From assembly GCA_018399635.1 (NCBI GenBank), contig JAGYOH010000015.1, positions 10,880 through 74,879 of the forward strand: 64,000 nt of DNA, in the 5' to 3' direction. Shown piece by piece: positions 38,225 through 45,439 of the stretch. The translations under genes were made by a program, and so were the position numbers. The notes under the pieces are model-generated. The model was not told the origin of the DNA. It did no database searches and was given only the letters and a program-made list of their open reading frames with translations. Origin of the DNA: Clostridia bacterium (GTDB lineage: Bacteria; Bacillota; Clostridia; Peptostreptococcales; Acidaminobacteraceae). Each line of letters begins with the position of its first letter. Within the stretch, counting starts at the first letter, position 1.

Positions 38225-38505
38225 GGCCCATCACCACCTCCATCAAAAAAATACCACATCAATCTCCCCGAACCCGGTCTGTTCCTGAAAAATTCCAAAA
38301 AAAAGTTCTTGATGGGTTTGTGTGGCCGTTGAAAATCGGTTTTTCATGGCAATCACTTCGATTTGATATTGAAGCATTACTGCCGTGCCGACAGCAGCCT
38401 GGTTGATTTGCATGGCATGTTGTACCCGGCCAGGATCGTATGATGGCGGGGAATCTTTTCCACTCAAACTGATGAAGTTTCTTTTTTTTTCGACAGATAT
38501 GAATT

Positions 38506-38835
38506 ATGATGACAGATAAGAGAGCCCTTCGAACAAGTGGCAATGACAGGCGAAAAACAAGACCGGGCAAGACAGGATTGATGGTCATCAAGACAGCCTT
38601 CGGGGCGATACCCATCCAAAGGGTCTCCATTGATGAGGCCAGGGCCTTGATGATCACGGCTTTTGAATGTGGCGCGATTTTTTTGACACCGCCGGTATGT
38701 ACGCAGACTCTGTAAAGAAGACTGGCCGCTCACTCTCAAGATATGAGAGCACCTGTCGTGCTTGAAACAAAAAGTCATGTCAGGGACAAAGAAGCGTTGG
38801 TTGAGCATGAATCCGATTAAAACAAAATAAGGTAT
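38506..38835 (+). pseudogene. aldo/keto reductase pseudogene, 5' portion (frameshifted)
   Basis: ...PGKTGLMVIKTAFGAIPIQRVSIDEARALMITAFECGAIF matches the AKR N-terminus. The frame breaks in a T7 run (38678-38684). Adding one T gives FFDTAGMYADSVKKTGRSL. A second shift gives VVLETKSHVRDKEALVEHE. Confidence 0.6.
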
Positions 38836-38850
38836 CACAGGAGGCGTCAA

Positions 38851-40053
38851 ATGAGCAGCAAGAGATATATAGGCATAGATTTTCTCAGAGGGGTATGTAT
38901 ATTCGTTGTACTGATACTGCATATGGCCTTCTATTCCTTTGATGGGATATTTGATGTCGATTTCACAAATCCACCCCCTGTCATCACGGTCATAGGGCTC
39001 CTGCTCATGTTTGCGGGCATCTTTGCCATGATCAGCGGCTTTTCACATGCGACGCAGATCCTTTCAAGACTGGACAAGGGTAGAAACATGAAGGACATAC
39101 TGAAGCACTTGACCCTGGTGGCCCTCTATCTGCTGATCATCGGATTCTTGCAGAAGACAGTCATCGGATCCGGCCATATCCAGTTTGATACCAGAAGCTT
39201 CGACAACACCCTGTTGGTGGAGCTGATCAAGACAGGCGGCTTCAAGTTGCCGGATGTGCATCGTCTGCTCTACATCAACAGTTTGACCATGATGGGCTTG
39301 AATGTCATTTTGCTGGGTCTCGTGTTCAAGATCCTGATTGCCTTGAAAGACAGAATCAATATCAGCAGAACCCTGTATGTTTTATCACTGGTCTATTTCT
39401 TCATTTCCCTGGCCAGGATACCACTTTATGAGGTGTTCATGAATGCGCAGGACGCGGGGAACTACGCCCTGGTCCTTATGCTCAACGTACTCGTCAACAA
39501 GAACAACCCCATTCTGCCCTACTTCGCCTTTGCGCTTTTCGGGGCATGGATCGCCGCCCTCCGGCATGATGAAATCAAAAGGGGGAATCTCTACATTCTC
39601 TTGAATGGATTGGTTTTTCTATTGGTTGGCGCTTATCTCTATGTGAATCTGCCGGACACCATGCTGGAGCGGGCAATCGACACCAAGTGGTTTGCAATCA
39701 TGGGCGCACAGATCGGCCTCTTCCAGTTGATGATCCTGAGTGTGCTTTCCATGAAGACAGCCGACCGGGGCATCAGGCGGTTCATCACGCGCTTCGGCAT
39801 CGCTGGATTCACAATCTATCTATTGGAGCCTGTGGTGACTTCGGTCCTCATCAAGGGAATCAAGGCAGTGCTGCCGGATTTTGAATTCACCATCAACATC
39901 TCCCTGGCCTATGCCGTCTTGATGGCGACAGCCTATGGAATCTTTCTTGCCTGGTGGGAAAGATCAGGTTACAGATATGGGATGGACCATCTCTATACCC
40001 GTCTGTTCAAGGACGTGAAGAGTGCCAAAGAAGAAAAAATGAAGGTGGCGTGA
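38851..40053 (+). CDS. membrane acyltransferase (acyltransferase-3 / DUF1624-like), 400 aa
   Basis: N-terminal RYIGIDFLRGVCIFVVLILHM motif and about 10 TM. AGGAGG SD. Confidence 0.8.
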   Translation: MSSKRYIGIDFLRGVCIFVVLILHMAFYSFDGIFDVDFTNPPPVITVIGLLLMFAGIFAMISGFSHATQILSRLDKGRNMKDILKHLTLVALYLLIIGFLQKTVIGSGHIQFDTRSFDNTLLVELIKTGGFKLPDVHRLLYINSLTMMGLNVILLGLVFKILIALKDRINISRTLYVLSLVYFFISLARIPLYEVFMNAQDAGNYALVLMLNVLVNKNNPILPYFAFALFGAWIAALRHDEIKRGNLYILLNGLVFLLVGAYLYVNLPDTMLERAIDTKWFAIMGAQIGLFQLMILSVLSMKTADRGIRRFITRFGIAGFTIYLLEPVVTSVLIKGIKAVLPDFEFTINISLAYAVLMATAYGIFLAWWERSGYRYGMDHLYTRLFKDVKSAKEEKMKVA

Positions 40054-40057
40054 ATCT

Positions 40058-41392
40058 GTGAGAATCCTCCAAGGCATGATCGACTACATGCAACTGAATC
40101 GACACCGCCGGTATTCCAAGGACCAGTTGAGGAATTACCAGCTGAAGCAACTGAAAAAGTTATATCATCACGCAACGGCAAACAGTCCCTTCTATCGAAA
40201 ACTCTACGGTGGGAGGTCATTCGAGACCCTGGAGGATTTCTATAAGCTGCCCCTCATCAACAAGCAGCTCATGATGGACAATTTCACAGACTTGAACACC
40301 TGTGGCATCGTCAAGGAAGCGGTGTCGGAATATGCTCTCAGGAGAGAGAGGGACCAAGACCATCTCCACTACTATCAGGACCAGTATGTCATCGGCCTGT
40401 CCAGTGGTACCAGTGGCAATAAGGGAATCTACATTACAGACCGCAGTCTCACTGAGCGGCTTCCTTTTGTATTCCTGGCCAGATCGGGCATTCCACTCAG
40501 ACTGCTGCCTTTCAGAATCCTCTTCATGCTCAGAGTCTTCTCCCAGGGATTTGACGATATCAATTCCCGCTTCATCAGTCTGTCCTATCTCTCTACGATG
40601 ACGCCTGTGGACGCGGTCATTGAACAGATCAACACCCTGAAGATCAACGTTCTCATGGCGCCGCCAAGCATGATCAACCGGCTGCTGCCGGGAATCAGTG
40701 AGATCACTTCGGATATCCGCCTGGTCGTCACCTATGCCGAGGTTCTGAGTTTGGAGGAAAAGGAGAAATTCAAGCGCACCTTTCAGGCAGAGGTGATTGA
40801 AATCTATCAAGCATCAGAAGGACAAATGGCCTCGGCCTGCAAGTATGGCCACTTGCATGTCAACGAAGATCTGGTCTTTGTTGAACTCTACGATGAGAGG
40901 AACCAACTGATCAAAGAGCCTGATGTGGTGGGCCATCGAATGGTCATCACCAATCTGGTCAATCATGCCCAGCCCTTGATCCGATATGAGATGAACGACA
41001 TGATCGTCCTTGACACCCCCTGCCGATGCGGGTCGAATTTCAGACGCATCAAGAAAGTGCTGGGGCGTCACGACGATCTGCTTTACTTCTACAGGGACGG
41101 GCAAGAACAATACGTCTTCCCGGATCTTTTCGTCAGATGGATAATCGTCACCAGTGAAAAGATCCGTGAGTTCAAGGTCATTCAGTATCGCATCAACGCA
41201 ATCACGGTCAAACTGGATTTGATTGACTCTGATTCAACGATTGAGGAGGCATTGACTGAGAAACTCACCAGGGAGCTCAGTCACTTTGGCATTCTTGAGC
41301 CTGAGATTTCCATTGAAATGGAAAGGATTGAGTTGCCGAAAGAAAGGAATAAGTTCAAGCGGTTTGAGAATCACAGCGGCCGGAACAGGTGA
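40058..41392 (+). CDS. adenylate-forming enzyme, coenzyme F390 synthetase / phenylacetate-CoA ligase (PaaK)-related
   Basis: 444 aa. N-terminus ...QLRNYQLKQLKKLYHHATANSPFYRKLYGG...LEDFYKLPLINKQ and nucleotide loop LSSGTSGNKG. Confidence 0.8.
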   Translation: MRILQGMIDYMQLNRHRRYSKDQLRNYQLKQLKKLYHHATANSPFYRKLYGGRSFETLEDFYKLPLINKQLMMDNFTDLNTCGIVKEAVSEYALRRERDQDHLHYYQDQYVIGLSSGTSGNKGIYITDRSLTERLPFVFLARSGIPLRLLPFRILFMLRVFSQGFDDINSRFISLSYLSTMTPVDAVIEQINTLKINVLMAPPSMINRLLPGISEITSDIRLVVTYAEVLSLEEKEKFKRTFQAEVIEIYQASEGQMASACKYGHLHVNEDLVFVELYDERNQLIKEPDVVGHRMVITNLVNHAQPLIRYEMNDMIVLDTPCRCGSNFRRIKKVLGRHDDLLYFYRDGQEQYVFPDLFVRWIIVTSEKIREFKVIQYRINAITVKLDLIDSDSTIEEALTEKLTRELSHFGILEPEISIEMERIELPKERNKFKRFENHSGRNR

Positions 41393-41397
41393 GGCGC

Positions 41398-42117
41398 ATG
41401 AGAAGCAGGATCAAAACAAGGGAATTGACGCATATCGCTTTGCTGGTTGCGATTGCCGTGATCGCAAGCCGCCTGAATGTGGACAATCCCCTGCTGGGAT
41501 CCTCATCCAGATTCGGCTTTTCCTTTGTCATCTTCTTGAGCGGGCTCTGGTTTGGACCCTGGAAAGGGGGGATGACCGGTGTGGTCTCCAACCTCCTGGC
41601 ATTCATACTCTTTGACGTAGCGACAGGACCCTTCCATATGGGTTTTGTGCTCAACGCCTTCCTGGCCGGCTTCATTCCAGGACTTTACTTCGAGTGGCTC
41701 CGGAAGCGCTCTGTCAAAACAGATTTCACGGTTTTTTCAATGGGCCTTCTGCTGCTCATCAGTACAGTCTCTGCCGGCTATGTATGGAATCAAGCCTACA
41801 AGGCCGTCATGAAACTCACCGTTATCGTGGGAATCGCGGTCCTGTCACTGGCTATGATCGTCCTACTCTGGAACAACCGCAAGAGACAGGACAAAGCCAG
41901 TGGGACAGTGGTCTCCATTGACAAGTTCCTCTTTATCAGTTTCATCTACAAACTCGTCAATTCTGTGCTCCTTGCACCCCTGTGGCTCTCACAGCTTTAT
42001 GGCAGAAGCTATGCCTTCTACTTTCCAATCCGCCTTGCAAAATTCCCGATAGAAGTCCTCTTGGTGGCCCTTGTGACCTATCTGGTCAGCCGCAAGATTC
42101 CGAGAGTGATGGATTGA
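41398..42117 (+). CDS. ECF-transporter S-component-like membrane protein (folate/FolT family-like) with a C-terminal extension
   Basis: TRELTHIALLVAIAVIASRL...RFGFSFVIFLSGLWFGPWKGGMTGVVSNLLAFILF...GPFHMGFVLNAFLAGFIPGLYF follows the FolT-family pattern as I recall it. No ECF A/T genes are nearby. The ATG at 41398 is preferred to the GTG at 41389. Confidence 0.7.
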   Translation: MRSRIKTRELTHIALLVAIAVIASRLNVDNPLLGSSSRFGFSFVIFLSGLWFGPWKGGMTGVVSNLLAFILFDVATGPFHMGFVLNAFLAGFIPGLYFEWLRKRSVKTDFTVFSMGLLLLISTVSAGYVWNQAYKAVMKLTVIVGIAVLSLAMIVLLWNNRKRQDKASGTVVSIDKFLFISFIYKLVNSVLLAPLWLSQLYGRSYAFYFPIRLAKFPIEVLLVALVTYLVSRKIPRVMD

Positions 42118-42124
42118 TACGCCT

Positions 42125-42400
42125 GCCTCAAAGAAAAAGGAGAGATGGCGGATTTCATGGAAGCCTCATTTCCATAGACGGATTCTCTCGAATTTTCGGC
42201 GTGGATCAAGGCCTGATCGAGTCCGACACCCCAGAGCCGGAAGACGCCCGTCAGTTCCAGTCCTTGACAGAGGGGGAAGCACACCACCAAGGCCGCCTAT
42301 CCTGAAATGAAACCGAAGGTCAAAGGAATGCTTTGGGCAGAGTTCCAGAGAATCTGACGAAGAACCGGAAGGCCAGAATCGCATGATGGCACGGAATCCT
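42125..42400 (+). pseudogene. probable decayed 3' portion of the same aldo/keto reductase
   Basis: Multi-frame fragments ...LKEKGE..., ...GLIESDTPEP..., ...PEMKPKVKGML... weakly resemble the AKR regions ALKEAKEEGKIR / FDTVQFP / MKPLAGGLL. Several stops and frameshifts. Confidence 0.3.
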
Positions 42401-42422
42401 TGCCGCACAAACTGATGAAGCC

Positions 42423-42450
42423 AAAAAAAAACCCGGGATTCCGGGTTTTT
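42423..42450. terminator. bidirectional intrinsic terminator
   Basis: A9-AACCCGG-gatt-CCGGGTT-T5. On the minus strand the hairpin is followed by U9, directly after the B3/4 gene stop. Confidence 0.75.
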
Positions 42451-43079
42451 CAAGTGGTCGCAATGCCGCATCGAAGGGCCTCGATCGCGATTTCATCCGC
42501 CATCATCGCCTTGAGCTCTTCAAGGTCCCTCCGGGCAAGGGGATCCGCAAAGGCGTAAATCACCAGGAGGATTTCCCGGGTCTCAAGACTCGTAGCGGTT
42601 CTTGCACTGTCACTCGTCGCACTGCCAAAGGCCCCCGCTTCATCTCTCAAGACCGGCAGATCCGCGATATTGAGGTCGCCCCTGCCCACCCCCTCATAGG
42701 AGTCCGTGGCCCTTCCCAGGGAAAAGACGATCTCACCCTGGATTTTTTCAAAATCATACAGACCCAGGGGACGGCCGGTGATGATGCTGTAGTGGTTCAT
42801 CAGGTCCACCAGCCGGTTGATCCGGTACAGGGGCTTGTCCCGCTGGATTCTCCGGATCAGCCCCTCGGAGCTGAGGCGGTAGCGGGTGGGATCCTTCCTG
42901 AAATGACGGTAGAGTCTTCTTCCCCCTTTGATGGCGGGCATTTCCTTGTAATCGAGTCCCTTGACGAAGGCGTAGTCCACCGGGTCATCCCCGGAAAAGG
43001 CCATCACCACCCTGCCCCTGATCCATCCCAGATGGATGGGCAGGTCAGGAATTCTCAGGACTTCATCGATGGCGATCAC
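42450..43079 (-). CDS. stand-alone B3/B4 (PheRS-beta editing-like) domain protein
   Basis: 209 aa. ...GRPLGLYDFEKIQGEIVFSLG...GDLNIADLPVLRDEAGAFGSATSDSARTATSLETREILLVIYAF fits the COG3382/B3_4 pattern as I recall it. GTGA overlap with the upstream stop. Confidence 0.8.
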   Translation of the reverse strand: MIAIDEVLRIPDLPIHLGWIRGRVVMAFSGDDPVDYAFVKGLDYKEMPAIKGGRRLYRHFRKDPTRYRLSSEGLIRRIQRDKPLYRINRLVDLMNHYSIITGRPLGLYDFEKIQGEIVFSLGRATDSYEGVGRGDLNIADLPVLRDEAGAFGSATSDSARTATSLETREILLVIYAFADPLARRDLEELKAMMADEIAIEALRCGIATT

Positions 43080-44014
43080 AGGACATCACCGCTTTGGTTG
43101 AGTCTCTTGATGAATTCTCTTTTGAAGGCGTCCCGGTCTATGGCGACGGGCACGTAGGCATTGGGGCGCCTCTGATACTGGCCGAGATAGTCACAGATGG
43201 TGTGGCCGTCGCTGAAAAGACTCTGGAACTCAACCGTCAGATAGTGCTTTTCCACCTTCAGGATTCCAGGATTCAAGAGGTAGAGAAGGGTCAAAGGATC
43301 GTGCATGGGCACGGCCCTGACCTGATTTTTCGTCTCATACCGGTCCATATACCGGTCCAGCAGCCGAAGCAGGAACTCCTTGAGTGCCGGATTCCTGATC
43401 TGGTCGAAATCCTCCTCCACGATAAGGGCCTTCAGGGTCACGTCCAGACTGATCAAGGTGAAATTCTCGATGCCGGCGTGAAGATTCTCATAAGCGGCCA
43501 TGGGATCCGTCATGATGTTGAACTCCCCCAGGGGGGTGTGATTTCCCGGCACCCGCAGGGCTCCCCCCATGGCAATGACCGCTTTGATCCTGGAAGCCGT
43601 CTCCGGGGCCTCCCTCAGCAGTCTGGCCAGGTTGGTCTGGGGCCCGGTCATCACCAGGGTCACCTCGCCGGGATACCGGTTGAAACTCTCCTTGTAGAAA
43701 TCGATGGCATCCCCCTGGACTCCGGGGTAGTCTTCAAGGTCCTCGAGCTGGCCGTTCAACCCGTTGCTGCCGTGGATTTGAGAAGCGTCCACCAGGGGCC
43801 GGTCCAGGGGACCGCTTGAACCCTTGTAGACCTTCACCTCCTCGCGACCCAGGAATTTCAACAGCCTGAGGGTGTTTCGAGTGGATTGCTCCACGTGGAC
43901 ATTGCCGCTGACGGTGGTGATCCCCAGCAATTCGATTTCCCCGGCCCCCAGGGCGATGATCAAAGCGATGGCGTCGTCTATCCCGGTATCGACATCTAGA
44001 ATGACTTTATGCAA
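43076..44014 (-). CDS. nucleoside hydrolase (IU-NH family)
   Basis: A TTG start at 44014, 6 nt after AGAGGAGGG, gives (M)HKVILDVDTGIDDAIALIIAL (the DxDxxxDD motif). The track start at 44131 would overlap the tRNA gene. Confidence 0.9.
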   Translation of the reverse strand: MHKVILDVDTGIDDAIALIIALGAGEIELLGITTVSGNVHVEQSTRNTLRLLKFLGREEVKVYKGSSGPLDRPLVDASQIHGSNGLNGQLEDLEDYPGVQGDAIDFYKESFNRYPGEVTLVMTGPQTNLARLLREAPETASRIKAVIAMGGALRVPGNHTPLGEFNIMTDPMAAYENLHAGIENFTLISLDVTLKALIVEEDFDQIRNPALKEFLLRLLDRYMDRYETKNQVRAVPMHDPLTLLYLLNPGILKVEKHYLTVEFQSLFSDGHTICDYLGQYQRRPNAYVPVAIDRDAFKREFIKRLNQSGDVL

Positions 44015-44103
44015 TGAATTCCCTCCTCTTTGAAAAAAATATGACGAATAACGAAAATAATGCTTGCCAAAGTCCATGAAAATATTATAGCATAGATGTG
44101 TAT

Positions 44104-44180
44104 CGGGGCGTGGCTCAGTTTGGTAGAGCATCAGGCTGGGGGTCTGAGGGTCGCAGGTTCAAATCCTGTCGCTCCGACCA
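44104..44180 (+). tRNA. tRNA-Pro (anticodon GGG), CCA encoded
   Basis: Hand-folded cloverleaf: acceptor CGGGGCG/CGCTCCG, D-arm GCTC-AGTTTGGT-AGAGC, anticodon arm TCAGG-CTGGGGG-TCTGA, T-arm GCAGG-TTCAAAT-CCTGT, then ACCA. Confidence 0.93.
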
Positions 44181-44184
44181 TAGA

Positions 44185-44226
44185 GGAATCCTGCAGATCA
44201 TAGATGTGCAGGATTCTTTGTTTTTT
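44185..44226 (+). terminator. intrinsic terminator after tRNA-Pro
   Basis: GGAATCCTGCA-(11 nt)-TGCAGGATTC followed by TTTGTTTTTT. Confidence 0.75.
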
Positions 44227-44278
44227 GGACTTCTCCGGTCCTGCAGAACCCTTCAAGCCGGTTGTTCTTCTATCCGGG

Positions 44279-45436
44279 TCAGGCTTCACCGTGGCCTGCA
44301 ATATCCACGATTCGAGCAATCTGTCGATCCAGGTCTTCACCCAGACCTGCCGCATCCACCCCCAGAAATCCGCGGATCAACATGGTGATCGCCTCTGCTT
44401 CCGCCATGCCACGGGACATCAGGTACTCCACCTGTTCCGGAGAAATTTTCCCGAGACTTGCTTCATGACTCATGCGGGCATCCGGATGACTGGCTTCCAG
44501 GCCGGGTACTGACACAATACTTCCAGCCCCTGACTCATCCAGCAACATCCCGGCACAATCCACATGGGCGCGACACCTTTCCTTGCCCACCAGCAGCCCC
44601 CCCTGCTTGAGGACCCCGCCGATGCAGACCCCTCTTTGCAAGAGTTCAGCCGAGGTATCCTTTCCAATCAGGGTGATCACACCACCTGTATCCACGGTGG
44701 TGCCTTCAGTAGACAGGACAATGGTGAGATCCCTGGCAACAGCCCCTCTGCCGTTCAGGTAGACCATCGGATTGATGACGACTTCTTTAGCCGGTTTCAA
44801 TGAAATATATCGGCTTTCATATTCTCCGCCTTCCGCCACCAGTGTCCCGGTCCTGGGATGGACAATCACCTCGGGTCCCCAGGAATGCACCATGGTGGTG
44901 ACCAGTCTGGCTCCTTCGCCCACGTAGTGCTCCTCAACCGCCAGGTGGCTACCCCGGAGGATATCTTGGCGGGTAAGGCATCCCGTGATGATTTCCAGGG
45001 AAGCCCCCTTTTCGACCACCACGATATTATGGACGATCTGCTCCACATTCTCCTCCGTCATATACATGGCCGCCTGGAAAGGCAGGGTCACCCTGCCTCC
45101 TTCTCTGACGCGGAGGAAGAATCCCACGGGATTCTCCTGCCGGGCGCAGCGGAGGGTCATCTCGTCCATGTCCTCCTCTACGGCATAAAAATAGTACTTT
45201 TCTCTGACCCAGTCATAACGCTTCAGGGCTTCGGTAACCGGCAACAGTTCAAAATCCCCGTTACCGGCATCAAAGCAGACCGGTGTGTGATTTCGGAAAA
45301 CCACTGTACCGGAACGCTCTTCACTGTCCATCAGGACACCGCTCCGGGCCAGTTCTGTCACATCCTCCCTCTCGAGGATAGAAGACCCCTCTGTTTTTTC
45401 TCCCCCGGTCTCACGAAAACCATTGTCCTTAAGCAC
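44279..45436 (-). CDS. SufB/SufD-family Fe-S cluster assembly scaffold protein
   Basis: 385 aa. The C-terminal beta-helix region ...RAHVDCAGMLLDE...ASHPDARMSHEASLGKISPEQVEYLMSRGM.EAEA..MLI.GF is typical of SufB/D. GTG start 3 nt after the sufC stop. Confidence 0.85.
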   Translation of the reverse strand: MLKDNGFRETGGEKTEGSSILEREDVTELARSGVLMDSEERSGTVVFRNHTPVCFDAGNGDFELLPVTEALKRYDWVREKYYFYAVEEDMDEMTLRCARQENPVGFFLRVREGGRVTLPFQAAMYMTEENVEQIVHNIVVVEKGASLEIITGCLTRQDILRGSHLAVEEHYVGEGARLVTTMVHSWGPEVIVHPRTGTLVAEGGEYESRYISLKPAKEVVINPMVYLNGRGAVARDLTIVLSTEGTTVDTGGVITLIGKDTSAELLQRGVCIGGVLKQGGLLVGKERCRAHVDCAGMLLDESGAGSIVSVPGLEASHPDARMSHEASLGKISPEQVEYLMSRGMAEAEAITMLIRGFLGVDAAGLGEDLDRQIARIVDIAGHGEA

Positions 45437-45439
45437 GGT

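Noticed and set aside
38243-38922. Three overlapping minus-strand ORFs (74, 132 and 152 aa) upstream of the Tad ATPase
   Set aside because: Their compositions are implausible and they have no SD. They overlap the AKR pseudogene remnant and the acyltransferase start. The region is better explained as promoter or leader sequence plus the pseudogene.
44061-44085. Half-match to the recurrent 18-nt motif (CTTGCCAAAGTCCATGAAAA) near the tRNA/nucleoside hydrolase promoter
   Set aside because: It shares only the TTGCCAAA half and lacks the GTTCT half. This is insufficient to call a fifth site.
44015-44131. N-terminal extension of the nucleoside hydrolase ORF
   Set aside because: It would overlap the tRNA-Pro gene and the probable promoter. 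A TTG start with a strong SD at 44014 gives the canonical DxDxxxDD N-terminus.
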